The notes beneath the pieces are model-generated. The model worked only from the letters and a program-made list of their open reading frames with translations. It searched no databases and was not told where the DNA came from. Shown here in pieces: positions 1 through 13,418 of a DNA stretch of 64,000 nt. How positions within the stretch are numbered: position 1 is the stretch's first letter; each line of letters opens with the position of its first letter. Origin of the DNA: Heteronotia binoei (lineage: Eukaryota); the NCBI RefSeq assembly GCF_032191835.1, contig NC_083234.1, positions 46,624,001-46,688,000 on the forward strand. The letters are read 5' to 3'. Both the position numbers and the translations under genes were made by a program.

Positions 1-1268
1 ACACAACCTTTGTGTTAACTAACATAAAATATACTATTTCGACAGAAAAAGAGGTCCAATAATAACATTTGCACAGCTAGATGTAATTCCAGTTAAATGC
101 TGTCATCCTCCTCCTGTGGCTATTGGTTAAAGACAGCTCAATTCTTACAGAAACGTTCTGAGTTTTCCTCTGAGGCTTTGGCTCAGTTTCTGCCCCAACT
201 CCTTCAGATCTTTCTTCCCTTTTCACAATGTAGGGCAATAAGCTACTTGTCACCCAGTTTGTGGGTATATTGCAACAATTAGGGATGCTATATCCAGACT
301 ACAGAGACCAGATCCCCTGGAGAAAATGGATGTTATGGAGGGTGGACTCCATCGCATTGCACCTCACTGGGGTCCCTGTCCTCCCCAGGCGTCATCCCCA
401 AATCTCCAGGAATTTCCTAACCTGGAGCTGGCAACTCTGCCCCCCACCCAACCCTAACCGGTGGCCAGGGAGGACCTGGCAATCCTAGCAGTGGTTTTAC
501 AGTTAGGTGAAAGGTCAACTACAAGGGAAGAATCAGGCCAAAAGAACAACAGAAGCAAGGAAAGCCCTGCATGCTCTGCTCCCCTTATGAAGATTAGGTG
601 TCCTTCTAGGTGCAGAAATGTATTTTGTATTTAAGACCTGTATATGTTTACAGCATGGGCACCTTATCTTTAAAAGTATTTACTCATTCTAAAAGAGGAA
701 CTATTTCATAGTTATTTTTTGTCAGTACTCCAAGTTTCCAATTTTTCTGTTAGAAAATGAGGGGGGGGGGGTATGTGTGCCTTCCACCCCCCCCCCCCCA
801 AATGTTTTGGTCCCCCATCCCCATCCCTTTATATTTCTATTCACCAGGAACCCTCAGGGACATGATCTGTCAGATGCCAAGTTGAAAGTATTCTTTCATA
901 CTAGAGCCATTGGCAATTTGTAATTATGGAAGTCTTGAGGGTTGTATCTGTTGTGAAATGCCACCTTCCATATTTTTATTTTTATTAAACTTGCATTGTT
1001 TAATATTTTTCTTGTAAGTCATCTTTAGTATATAGTTACATGGAAAGGCAGGATATCTATTCCTAATTTCAGTTAGATGAATTAGCAAGAGAATCAGCAC
1101 AATGGTGCACACAAGCAAGCAGGAAGTTCTACTGAGCTGCCCCCTTTAAAATGAACAGAAGCTGTAGCAACAGCCCTTGTTTATCTGCTTATTTATCTTA
1201 TTAAACTTGGTTGGCCTTAGTTTCTATCAGAATATTCTGAAGAAATGAAATTTTAGATAAGAAACATA

Positions 1269-1385
1269 CAGGGCTTTTCTTGTAGAAAAAGCTCAGCAGG
1301 AACTCATTTGCATATTAGGCCACACCTCTTGATGACAAGCCAGCCAGAACTGCGTTCCTGTGTGTGCCTGCTCAAAAAAGCCCTG
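1269..1385. mobile_element. Short hAT MITE (CAGGGCTTTT TIR family)
   Basis: TIRs CAGGGCTTTT / AAAAGCCCTG; 8-bp TSD GAAACATA / GAAATATA. Confidence 0.85.
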
Positions 1386-2139
1386 GAAATATATATTAAA
1401 AAGGCAAGAGTAGTTTTTTGTAGCTACAAGCAGTGGCGACTAGGGGGAGCAGTGGGAATGTTAGTGTAAAGTGGTGGTGGGAGGGAGTAAACCTGGAGTC
1501 ACCAGCTCTTTTTGTTTTTTCAAGGGGAAGAACAGCTCACTCAATGTTTTAACTTTCTAATAAAAAGAAACTGATCACAGGGCTTGCGCGGAACAGCCCA
1601 AGGGAAATCACGAGCATTCCTGGAAATGAAGACATCCTCAAATAGATTATATCTCTCATTAGATAGGGCAAGCGTGGTGCCTGATACAAAATATCCCAAT
1701 GAGATGAAAACGTAATGATTAACTAAGATAACTGAAAATACGCTGCTCTTTAAAGGAAGGCCCAAACCTGCAGTGAGGGGAAGTGTGGCCTTATGTTACA
1801 GCAGCACATGTTCTACATGCAAAAAGTCCCTTTGTTGCTATTGACTGGTCCTTTCTTTGGTCTGCCATGATAAATTTGCTGAGTGACCTCAGGCCACTCA
1901 GTCTAACCTACCACACAGGGATGTTGTGAGAATAAAATGGATTAAAAATGAATGATGTTGTAAGCCACTGTGGCTCCCAGTGGGGATAAAATCAGTATAA
2001 ATATCTAAATTAAAACAGCCTGTCCTCTTTAATTGAAGAGGTTAAATCCCTGAACAGGAATTGGATTGACAAAAGCTCAGTTCCATGTAGACACACAAAC
2101 CCCAGATGCCAGCTCTTTTCTTTCATCTTCCCAGGACAG

Positions 2140-2390
2140 TGGACAAGCAAGGAGAGATATAATAGAGGTTTATAGAATTATGCAATAGACAGAGAAAGTG
2201 GCTAGAAAAAAAACTATCTTCCTTTCCCATAATACTACAACTTGACGGCATCCAATAAATGTGGACATTCAGTGGATTTAGGACAGACTACAGTACTCCT
2301 TTTCTCAACAAGTACTTAAATTGTGAATGTCACAGTCAGTGGATGTAGTAAAGTCCATGAGCATAGTTGGATTTAAAACGTGATTAGATT
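2140..2390 (+). mobile_element. Degenerate CR1 LINE fragment
   Basis: atagaggtttatagaattatg...ttaggacagac...ggatttaaaa resembles the CR1 ORF2 3-prime end; boundaries approximate. Confidence 0.6.
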
Positions 2391-2884
2391 CCTTTCAGGG
2401 GAAGGCGAGGAAAGATCCACATCCATAAACTGAAAGTAATACAGTTTTATTTTTCAGTGCACACACCAAGTCCTGCAGCGATGGGCAAGGGGCGAAACGG
2501 CAGGTGGAAGATGCCACTGGAAGCCGCAGTCCCGATCCTGCATGTAGGCGGTTCAGGGTATTGGTCGCCTGATGCTGACCCGGAGACGAAAGCATCTTTC
2601 GGCAGCACCCTGAATGACCAAGCAGCCTTATCTAGGGACAGCACTGCTTGCTCCACACGGAGAGGGGCCTAGAAAAGGTGGCCTAAACAAAGCTCGTCTC
2701 CCCCACCCCAGTTGGCTAGCCACGGTCAACGGGCACTGCTACAGCACCAACCCCAAATCAGACTTTTCCCTGCAGCCACTGTGGCCGGATCTGCCTGTCC
2801 CGCATTGGTCTTGTCAGCCACCAGCGAGCCTGCAGCAGACGTGGACTACTGCATCCTTCTTAAATCTTCGTTCGCGAAGTCAAG

Positions 2885-2886
<2 letters not shown>

Positions 2887-2929
<43 letters not shown>
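2887..2929. repeat. (GA)n microsatellite
   Basis: Perfect dinucleotide run. Confidence 0.95.
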
Positions 2930-2930
<1 letters not shown>

Positions 2931-4114
2931 AGTCCCTCACAAAGCTGAAAGGGCATTTAGTGTTTCAGGTACCAGCATGGTCAATAAATGTTGCACATCC
3001 TTGGTATAGTATGCAACTATAAATATTGTTTGAAATCCTTGGTTCAGCATTAAAGATCAATGCTGCAGTTCTCTTAACCTTTTTGTAGTTTAATGTTCCA
3101 GGGCTTGAAAAAGGCAAAGCTCTAATTCTTTCAACGAATATGGATATTATGCCTAAATTTTAAAGCATAATTTTAAATTTTATTTTATTCATATGCAAAT
3201 GTGTGTATATTTAATTTATTAAAACTGCTGGTAATCAGACAAATAACACCCATTTAACTTGTGAAAAGTCAGATGCTTGCCACTTTGCAGTTGCCTCCTA
3301 GCATAGAAAAGCGGCAACGTCAGCTACAGAGGAAGCGATGGGCGATCTGTTTGGCAGATCTCGCCTCCTTCCTTCCCATGGAGTCACCTCTCCCTGAAAA
3401 TTTCCCATACAGAGCTGGTTTAAAAAAAAAAAAAAAGGCTTGGTCATTCGTTTGGTACGCAAGATGCCAAGTTCAACTTGGCAAAGTCCTAGTTCAACTT
3501 TAGTCCCATTGTGGTTTCTGATCCGGCAAAGGAATTCTTATTGAGAACATTACCTCAATGAGATGCCTCCACATTGGAAAAAGGTCTGAATCCAGTGGCA
3601 CCTTTACGACCAACAAAGTTTAATTCTGGGTATAAGTTTACGTGTGAGGAAGTTTATACCGAGAATTCAACGTTGTTGAGGCGCCGCAGGCCTCAAACTT
3701 CGTTTTCTTGCTTCAGGCCAACGCGGCTACCCACCTGGCTCTGGATTGGTTAGAAGAAGCCTCAGCATTTTCACTAAACTACAATTCCCGGTACTCCTTG
3801 GGAAAGTATAGTGACCTGATATTACGCGTTGAACTCTCCAGTCATTAGTTCGAAAGTGTTCTTACTGAACAGTAGAAACGAGTCAATATTTGGATTGCCA
3901 CCTGCGGGGTCGGGGGGGGGGGGAGTCCAAATACAGAATGGAAGCCAAAAAAAGGGAGGGGGTGGGGAGAGAAGCCGACGAAAACTGTATAAAGGTTTCC
4001 AAGATCTGTTGCTGTCATCGCTTAACCCGTGATCCCGAACCAAGCAGCGCTGGATCCTCCTCCTGGGGGTGGAGCCGATAGTTTACAAATACCGCACACC
4101 AGATCAAAAACAAA

Positions 4115-4230
4115 AGTGGAAATACCCGAACACCAACGGAAAAGAAACACGTGACACTTTAAAAAAAACCCATAAATGATTATTAATATTTAACTCATGA
4201 GATTGCACAGGAAGCGGTATAAAAAGCACG
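4115..4230 (+). promoter_or_regulatory. NEURL3 core promoter: ETS/IRF-type GGAAAAGAAAC (4138-4148), E-box CACGTG (4148-4153), TATAAAA (4218-4224)
   Basis: Motifs read directly, in CpG-enriched sequence upstream of the start codon; function is inferred. Confidence 0.6.
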
Positions 4231-4393
4231 CTCCTCTCTCATGATGGCAACAAGAAACTTCAAACTTAACTGGATTGACTGCGGAAAAGGTCCGTGTCGT
4301 GTCGTGATTTCAAGAGCAAAAAGAAAAGATAGGCGAGCTCCCCTACTCTGCCAGGTGAAAGCAGCAAACCAATAGCAGCCCCCTTGGCAAGAG

Positions 4394-4421
4394 ATGGGCT
4401 CCTTCTTTAGCACCCTGTTTG
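4394..4421 (+). CDS. NEURL3: NEURL3 coding exon 1 (MGSFFSTLF)
   Basis: ATG lies ~170 nt downstream of TATAAAA; strong donor G|GTAAGA; phase 1 matches the exon 2 acceptor. Confidence 0.8.
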
Positions 4422-7400
4422 GTAAGAAAGTTAGATTTTTAAAAAGGTTTGGCTGGATTATGATTAGTGCGTATCTATGCTTAATACCTGCAATGAGGGT
4501 TTTTCAGAGCAGGTGGGTCCCAAGCCCATCTTATTGGGAGTGTAGCTGAAGAATTTGTAGCCTAAGAGGCTGCGAAAATATATTATGGTCATTGCACTAA
4601 AAAGGCTACTACAGGGGGCTTGAATGAGCTACAAAAGAGCCCTGAAACCAGTCTCATTTACAAGGCTCAGATCCGAAGCAGATTTTCTTCAAAATTGCCT
4701 CTGCCTTGAACAGAGAGAGTGCTCTTCTTTTCAGACCAGCTGTCTGGTCTGAAGAGCTGGGAGTTCATCACAAGATGCAACAATGGTTAGTTACTTTTTG
4801 AAAAGGATTTAGACATTTAATGAAGGCCTATCAATAGCTATTAGCCGTGATTGCTGGGTGAAACTTCCATGTTCCGAGGCGGCATACTTCTAATAGTACA
4901 TGTTGTACAGAAATGGTTTGCTAATCATACCTTGCTTGGGGGCACCCAGAAATATCTGATTAGCTGCTGGAGGAAATAGGATGCTCAAATAGATGGGCCA
5001 TCTAATTCAGCAAGGTTTTTCTTATGTTTTTGTTATAATTGTGAAGGAGAGAGGGCTAGGGCATTGTGGCATGGAGCTGTGTTTTCTGTGATATAAACCA
5101 TTGTTAGGATTTTTGCATCTAGTAATAATCATTCTTCTGCTGGAAAAATAATCTGTGAGTCATTTTATAGACACCACCCCCAGTTCATAAAGGAATTTAT
5201 CATCACTGTTGCTGGAAACCTAGTGTAGTGACTGGATATGCCATGACTTGTCTTGTTTCTATCCTGAGCCCACTATTTCTTAGTGATTGATATATAGAAA
5301 TAACTCTGGAGTCTGGACCCCTTGACAAGGTGGTTGTGAGAATGACTGCACCTATTTTGAACATTCATAAAATTCTAAAGAAATGCCAGGACTTTTTTTG
5401 AGCAGAAACACACAGGAGCACAGTTCCAGCTGGCTTGGCACCAGTAGGTGTGGCCTAATATGCAAATGAGTTCCCACTGTGCCTTTTCTGTTAAAGTCCT
5501 AAATGAAATAATAGTGATGTCAGGGGGTGTGGCCTAATAATGCAAATGAGTTCCTTTTGGGCTTTTTCTACAAAAAAATTCCGGAGAAATGCTATTATTC
5601 ATTCCTGCCCCCCCCCCCCCCCCTTTATATTTCCTAACAGGTACATGGCTGAAAAGAGGGTTGGGATAAGGAGTCTGGAAAATAGTATACAACAACATGG
5701 GGTGGAAAATTCCATTGAGGAATGGTTCAAAGAACAAACCTCCTCCATGGTCAAGACCCCACCCCTCCCCCTGCTCAGACTAGAAAAGGGCAGCTTAAAG
5801 GATCATTATGAGAAGGCCACAGGGTTCCTCTCCCGCAAGCCATTCCCCCCTCCATTTTGGCCACAGGCCATGAGAAGCGTGGTTTCCTTTACAGTTGGGG
5901 CCCCCAACTTTTTTGAGCCTGCAGTCACCTTTGGAACTCAGACACAGGGTGGTGGCCACACCCACAAAATGGCTGCAGCACGAGGCAAAGCCAATAACCA
6001 GTGGCTACCACAAGAGGCAGAACCAACCATAACATGTCTGGGAGTGAAGTCATGCATAACTAATAGTAACTTTTCAACACTTCAGGCAGAAGGGCTGTTT
6101 AAGAAGAAACCTTTTAAAATGAACATATTGCTGAAAAATATTTTCTTCCACATACACAGCTTCTCTATGTGACTGAAGAAGGTGAGCTGCTTGTACTATG
6201 GTGGCAGCTGCTGCTAAAGCCACTTTTTAAAAATCTGCACAGCCAATCAAATCTCCACCAGCCAATCAGTAGCCATGCTGGACAAAAGCTTCACCTGGCC
6301 AGACCCACTTGGCGGTGCCAAAAAAAGTGTCAGTGGGTACCACATAATCCATGGGCTCAACCCTGCTCCCTTCCCTTCAGCCTGCCTCCCAGGAATATCA
6401 GGCTGAAGTCTCTTGGTTATCAATAGCATCTCTTTGTGACTGCATGTTTCAGGTGAGGGTGGGGGCAGAGTGGTATCCCAATCATCTGGTAGTTTTCTTT
6501 GGGACCTAAGAAGTTTCTGACTTTTAATATATATATATTTGCTTGTGTGTTTGCACCTGGAAGTCAAGTTGACCTCTGATTACTGACCCCAATTGGGAAC
6601 CTGGAAGATAGTCAGAAAGGTGGCTGAATAAAGCCTGCCCCTGTCCTCTAGACTGCTGCTATTTCAATCTCCCATCCAAGTACTTGCCAGAGTCAACCCT
6701 GCTTAGCTTCCAAGATCTGAGAAGACTGGGCTTGGCTGGGCTATCCAGGTCAAATTGAAGATTGTAACTTTGACCTTATCCTCCCCACCCCACCCCACTA
6801 GGCTGGTACTCAGACTATTTGCAGGAATCCCTCTTTACAAATATTATAGCAATAAAGTTATGAGCAAATGTAACTGACAGCTCCATAAAACACACCTGGG
6901 ATGTGGAACTAGACAAAGGCTGTATTCTTCAACCAGTACATTATATAGCACTTTCAATGTACATATCTCTTTAGAAAATCAGCATTGTTGGGAAACCCTT
7001 AGGAGGCAGTTAGGCTGAGAGATAGCCGCTGAACTGCTATTAACTGCCTGAGTCAAAATAAATTAGGGAAAGTCATGAGTGAGTGCAGAGCAGAGCAACC
7101 CTTCCACTGAGACAAGGAAAGACATCTGCCTCAGGCCACATAGTTGGAGTGCTGCTAGAAAGGGCAGGTGAACAGAGCTGACTCACATGGGGCACAATCT
7201 CCTGAGGTAACTTTCTGGGCAGGCTTCATTGTGAGAGACATGAGCTACACAAGAGGAGAGATCATTTTAAGACTAGTTGTTGTGCTTACCATTTAAACTG
7301 CATAACATGAACTACAGTGACACTATCAACATGGAACCATCACCCTTGCTTTTTAAGCATAGGAATAGGCCCATTGAATTATTTATGTAACTAATGAGCT

Positions 7401-10400
7401 CTCCATGGGGCTGATATTAAGTACAGTTCAGAAATGTCAACTGGTGCAGAACATTACAGCCTGACTTCTATCTGGCATTACCAAGAGGGAAATTTTTAAG
7501 AAATGTGTTTACAGTGAACCATTTCCAAACAGAAACTGAAAATAAATTCACTGTGGAGGGGAAACCCCAATCTTTTGAAGGTTTAATACCATGAAAGGGA
7601 GAGTTATATCAACCATTTCCTCATTCTTGAAAGGTCAGTTTAGAAACTACATCAAAACTAGTGACAGTGATCCACTATTTAACTTCAAGCCCAAATGTAA
7701 AACCCTTTAAAACATATAAGAATCTGGTATGCAGCATACAAACTTAATCAAATATATAAGAGGTGCTTTGAGACAACTCTCTTTTTTGATCCAATTGGGA
7801 AGCCAGTTTTCTCCCTCCCCAATGAACAGAGTGGGCATGGGAGTCCATGAAAAGGTTCCTGCATTCTTAATTCACCCAATACCTGGTTATTTGAACCATC
7901 CTTTTATCCTCTCTCCACAAAATAAGTCAGATTCAAATGGATATTCTTAAGGATGAGAAGAACTGCACTTGACTGAATGGAAGATGCTGTGGAAAATGGG
8001 CACTTGCTCTACTCAATACTAGGTTCTTGTCTCTCTACATAACATATCACCTAGTTGAAAGAAAGCTGCTTCTCAGCTGTTTCACAGGTAGAAGAAGCAC
8101 AGGACTGAACGCCCTAGTTAGTTTCCATCCAAGCTCCCTATACCTAGAAAACTAAATGTCAAGGAGAAGCCTTCTATTTTAACTATCTCCCTGACATGAT
8201 AGCTTTCAGTGTGCAAGGATTCTCCCTCCCCAAGAGGGAATGTCCAAACATGTGACTACTAACCACATGCAGTCTGAATGTTATAGTCTATATAGGAGTA
8301 TTGTAGGAAGAAATCTAAAGAAATCAGGGAAAGAGACATGATATTCAGTGGGAGTAGAATAAATGTGGGGGGGAAGGAGGAAGGATTGTGGCAGCAGCTG
8401 CTGCTCCTGACCTGCATTCATTCATTGCAATGTACATGTAGAGCATATATGCAGACTCTCATCCTCCTACATGTTCATGTCCACATGAATTAGAAAGATT
8501 TTCCTTTTCTGTACACCTTTTATTGAAAGAAACATGAAAGTGAGTAAAGCATGCATCTAATCCAGCCACCTGCCATCTTCTATATATCAAACACTGACTG
8601 GTGCTAAAATCAAACAGATTGTTTTGCTTCAAGTTTGATATGGTTTCTGATCTCCTTCCAAAATCCGCAGTTGCTGATTGCATTGTTGGTGATGTTTACA
8701 ATCCCAGGCAAGTTTACCTCCTCTGCTGTTTTCCCATACTTATTCTTCCCCTTATCTATTTAGGATTATCAACTGCGTCAAAGTGCGTGATAGAGTTGAC
8801 AAATCCCACCAAATGTTGGCCACCTGCAAATCAGTGCTGCAGCCTGGTGGTGGCACAAATTGTTCTGCTGCTTCAGATAGCTGAGTCCAGTAGTCAGTCA
8901 GAGAGATGCAACATCACCTGATCTTTCATAGTGGCCAGAGGATGATTTTCTTGGAGCAGGTTCAGCTGAGAGTCCTTCCATACACTGCTACCTCTGCAAT
9001 GTTGCAAATCTCAACTTTTTAACCACACACAGTTTCATGAACACCCCTGAAAATATTGTTTCACAGTTGTTCTTGAGCTTTATGATGCATATGCGATTTC
9101 AGTCTTAATCACACCATTGGTGAACGTAGCCCAATATTGCAAACCTTTAGCTAGAAATGTCATGAGGGACTCTAAGGATACCTGGAGCACATGCAAGAGA
9201 GAGACTGAGACTCAGTGCAGAATAGTTAGAACTGAAGTACAAGTAGACTAATGTGTTAATTGTTAACAAAAAGTAACTTTAAAACAAATTGGCTAGTGCA
9301 CGCCAATTTGTCTCAGAGTGCATTTCCACTTTTTAGCAGAAGCTGGTTGACATTTCCGCACATAATTGGGTACTGCCTGCCTGCGCTTATTTTTGTTTCT
9401 GTCAGAAAAAGCACTGGAGACTGACATTTTATTAAATGGAAACTGAAAAATTCAGGAAAACAGTCTGGAATATCCTCAAAGGGACCAGGTCTTCCATGAC
9501 TCTGTTCCTTTCAATGACTGTGGAAGATCTCAAGCAGACGATTTATCCCAGCCCAACCACCAAACCTTTTAAAGTGAAGGTGGATAGGTCATGAAGTAGC
9601 CATTTCCCATTCCCTCATGATGGAATCCCTCTGCTAAAAGAGCAAATTGCCTGTCATCTGATATGCTGTAACATCTTAACAGCTATACTCTGGGTTTATC
9701 TATTTTACGTCACCATTGTCCCTAATGATGATCCAAAGCAGTATACAGCATTATTCTCCCCTCCTGCATTTTATCCTCACAACAGCAAGTCTGTGAAGTA
9801 GATTAGACTGTGAGCAACCGACTCAAGTCATCTAGTGAGCTCCTGGCAGAGTGGGGACCTGGGCCTTTTGGTCCTACTCTTGCTCTCTAGCCACTACACA
9901 ACTGCTTTCTCTTATTGTGGAAAGACAGCAACCTCTTGAGTGTATTATGGAAGTTGGTTAATCAACTAATTGGCTTATTAATTAAAACAGTACTTAACAA
10001 TAATGATCTGACATTGATTGACAGCCCTGGGGACCTCAACCATAGGATGTCCAGAGAGTAAAGAACAGGTCATTTATCCCCAAGTGAATTTTGCTTAGAG
10101 AAGCAGCAGAATATGAAAAACTTACAAGGTCAGAAAATGAAATTTTGATCAAAACCATATCTAAGAAACTGAATGTTAACATTCCAGACCTTGTATAAAG
10201 AAATGAGTGAAAGATTTGTAGTTAGAATTGGTTCACAACTAGTTTTTACCTACAATATATTGGCCGTAGAATAGCCATCTAATAGCATGTCACTACTTGG
10301 AAGAATACAACATCCAAAGTGGATTTTTTTCTATAGTGACTGCTTTTTTTTTTGGTTTTTATGTGAAAAAAATGAGTAATTTTTGAAAAATTTATTTGAG

Positions 10401-13129
10401 GTTATATCAGAAAATATGAAGCATACAATTCATATCAGAGCCACTTATTCACCTGCTTAATTTTAAATAGTATGCAAAATGTGAACACTGTACAATTGGT
10501 ATTAAACTACTGCACAGATAATGTTCGACAAACACTGTGTGATACAAGCAGTTTCAGCAAAACAGAAATTCTTAGAAAAAATATGGGAGTTTACTGCTTC
10601 TTATTCAGCTAACAGCTTATCAGAGTTTCCAAGTTCAATTAAATTAGAAAGAGAAACTCATATTTTAGCCATTGTGTAATTGTTGATTACCTCTGAACTA
10701 GTCAGTTTCATTTTTGTGTCCTTGTAATTGAGAATGTATTTATCAAGGATGTGTGACACAGGCAAATGAAAAAAGGCTAGTTTCCATTTGAAGCCTTAGA
10801 ATGGGGCATTTTAGCCACTGATTCATGTAGTGATAAACTCATGTTTTGTAGGGTTCTGTATTAATAGTGTGCACTAATCATATACACACACACGCATGCG
10901 CACAAAGACACCTAGGCAAGACAGTATTGCATATATGCCAGTTTCACTGGGCAGAATTCATCCTTCTGAAAGTTTCAGTTTTTCAGTAAAGAGCCCTGCC
11001 CCAATATAGTTTCTGTGGTTACATGGGTGAAACACTTCTGTATTGCTAAGTAAACAGACTCTCATGGAAGACATCTAATTTATCCTTTTGTCTCCTAAAG
11101 ATAACTGCATCCAGGTTCAATACGTCCCACTTGCCTTCCATCCAAATACCAAAGGATCCCAGATCATTTTAGATGTGTCGCAGTATATAGCCACCAGAGC
11201 AGCCACCTTCCATGATGGAATTGTCTTCTCCAATCGGCCAATTAAAGTTAATGAGAAGGTGACACTGGAAATCCTAAAGGAAGATAACAGATGGTTTGGG
11301 GGCTTAAGGTTGGGCTTCATCTCAGAGCATCCCTCCTTGATGGACTCCAGGGATCTGCCTCCATTTGCTTGCCCCAATCTGGTCAAACAAGGGAAGTGCT
11401 GGGCTTCTGTCTTACCAGATGAATATGTTGGTGAGGGCACTATTGTCAGCTTCTGGGTGAACAAGAAAGGCTGTGTTTTCTTCAGTGCCAATCATGAGTT
11501 TGACAGTTACTTACTGCTTGAAGACGTCCCAGTCAAAAAGCCTCTCTGGGCAGTTATAGACATCTATGGAAGAACTAAAGCCATCCAGCTTCTAGGTAAG
11601 CTGCTGTGTTGTGTTGGCCAGTTTTGGTTTAGGATGACAGTCTTGTTCTGCTGTTAGAGGACCTTTTAAAAAAAAAAACATGGGAAGCCAGCCTTCGCTG
11701 GTCAAGTGATTCTCTGGGCTTGTTGCACCCATGTTCAACATGGCTTATGATTACTCCAGCTAGGCCCCAATACTGGAGGCAGACATCCGAGTATAAGAAA
11801 AATTCATACATTTTTTTCAGATGTATCTCAGCATCTAAAGCATGAATACACAAGTATGGGTTTGGAAGAATGAAAGCTTGTAGATACATTACTCATCTCC
11901 TTGTTAAATGTAGTTTAGGGAGTGATGTTGGTTTTGCTGCTTCACAATGCTTGAAAAAGTCATGTTAGAATAGGAGCTTTTGTCCAGTTGTTGGAGGAAA
12001 GGCTTATTTAGCTGTGAGGTGGTACGTAAACCTCTTTTCTTCCTTTGCAGATCCATCAAGACCAAAGATATACATGTATGAGTCAGGCCAAAAGCTGTTG
12101 AATGCAGCTGGACAGAATGGTGAGTATCTGGAAAGGGGCTTGCTTAAGAAGCAAGTTTAGGCCACTACTCTACAGTATCCCAGAGTGCACTACAATCCTA
12201 CCCCCATCTAACTGAACAGCTGCCCTCCTTTTCTGTGGAGGACACTGAAGTGCTGTAAGAGACTGTTCCAATGATAGCAAACCATGCCATCCATTCCTCA
12301 TATTAGGTAAATTCAACCTTCCCTGACAGGAATTCCACAGGGAAAGGGATGCATTGTTTTATGTGTAAGAATGCAGTGTGTCCTAGGAGTCCATGCAACG
12401 TGAAAACTTGGCCTCCACCCACATAACCTTTTATTAGAGGCTGGAAGTCTGTCTGCAGTTTTTAGTCTGTCATATCCTCCAGCTATGTAAAAGGGGCAGC
12501 AAAGCAGCTGAGGCCAGTTGACTATGAGGGAAGAGACTGGCTGGGAGTTTACTTGGCATCAGCTGATAACTGGGATGCAGTCATTGTGATGTGTATCTGT
12601 GTGCACGCAACTGTTGCATGGAAGTTAGGAAGCAGAACTAGTGGCTGTGCAGCCTTGCTTGCTTCCACTATATCATGAATGCAGTTTCATAAACAAACCA
12701 GTATCGACAACAGCATTAGTCTCCAGTTTGCATTCTCAGCACTAGGAAAGTTTGCAGATGCCACCTCCTGGAACTTCTTGCCGTTCTGAAATGTAGCTGA
12801 AGCAATATGTGCTTCTGCCGTACTTGTTCTCTGCCTTTTAATGAGATGTTTCTGTTTCTCTAGAGTCTGTATGGAGGAATTGCTACGAAGAAAATAGCAT
12901 TGGCAAAGAATGTGCTGTCTGCCTCCACCATAAGGCCAACACAATGATGCTTCCTTGCTGCCATGCTAACTTTTGCTCCTGTTGCGCCACAAGAATTCTC
13001 TACAGCAGCAGCTGCTGCCCTTTGTGTCGGCAGAAAGTCGAGAAAATAGTTCAAGACTCTGGTTGGGCTGAGAAAGGAATCCCAGCAAACTGGCTGGGAG
13101 AAGGAAAGGACAGCCAACCTCCTCCCTGA
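4394..13129 (+). CDS. NEURL3: E3 ubiquitin ligase NEURL3 (one neuralized homology repeat + C3HC4 RING), 285 aa
   Basis: join(4394..4421,11101..11595,12051..12119,12864..13129) = 858 nt. All introns are GT-AG, phase 1, and the frame is continuous. NHR motifs LAFHPNTKG, TFHDGIVFSNRP, GGLRLGF, PLWAVIDIYGRTKAIQLL and RING CAVC..PCCH..FCSCC..CPLC match the NEURL3 layout. Position next to NCAPH supports the identity. Confidence 0.93.
4790..5030 (+). mobile_element. Degenerate CR1 3-prime UTR
   Basis: aaaggatttagacattt...gatgggcc..atctaattcagcaagg..ttcttatg; boundaries approximate. Confidence 0.55.
11101..11595 (+). CDS. NEURL3: NEURL3 exon 2, NHR domain
   Basis: Lies within ORF 11088..11657; acceptor tctcctaaag, donor G|gtaagc. 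Confidence 0.95.
12051..12119 (+). CDS. NEURL3: NEURL3 exon 3 (DPSRPKIY...GQN linker)
   Basis: Acceptor cttcctttgcag, donor G|gtgagt; 69 nt, frame-preserving; continues LL|DP as in NEURL3. Confidence 0.85.
12864..13129 (+). CDS. NEURL3: NEURL3 exon 4, RING finger to stop
   Basis: Acceptor tgtttctctag; in frame with ORF 12944..13129. Confidence 0.93.
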
Positions 13130-13418
13130 CAAAAGATTAACCTTATTCATGGACCTGTAATATTTCCATCTTGATGGGAACAAAAAAAAATGCAAAAGGT
13201 AAAGTGGACTGAAGGGAGCTAGAAACGATAAAGTGGGGAGAAGGGGAAATTCCCCCAGAGCCTGCAGGAGAGTCAAAAGATCATAAAGCAATCCAAAGTA
13301 GGAGAGAGGTAGATGATTTCTCATCCTTTGCTGAAAAGGAAATTAGCCACACCTTGCCTTCCAGGAAACAATCAAGAAGTACATTTAATGTATCACACTG
13401 GAAGAAATAAGCAGCCCC

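Noticed and set aside
5540-6172. 210-aa ORF in NEURL3 intron 1
   Set aside because: It starts in a MITE, crosses a poly-C run and MITE-like sequence, and has no recognisable domain; a chance ORF.
8500-9170. Possible decayed transposase-like coding remnant (minus strand)
   Set aside because: Only vague similarity (FWKEIR, RW) amid many stops; I cannot support a family call without an HMM search.
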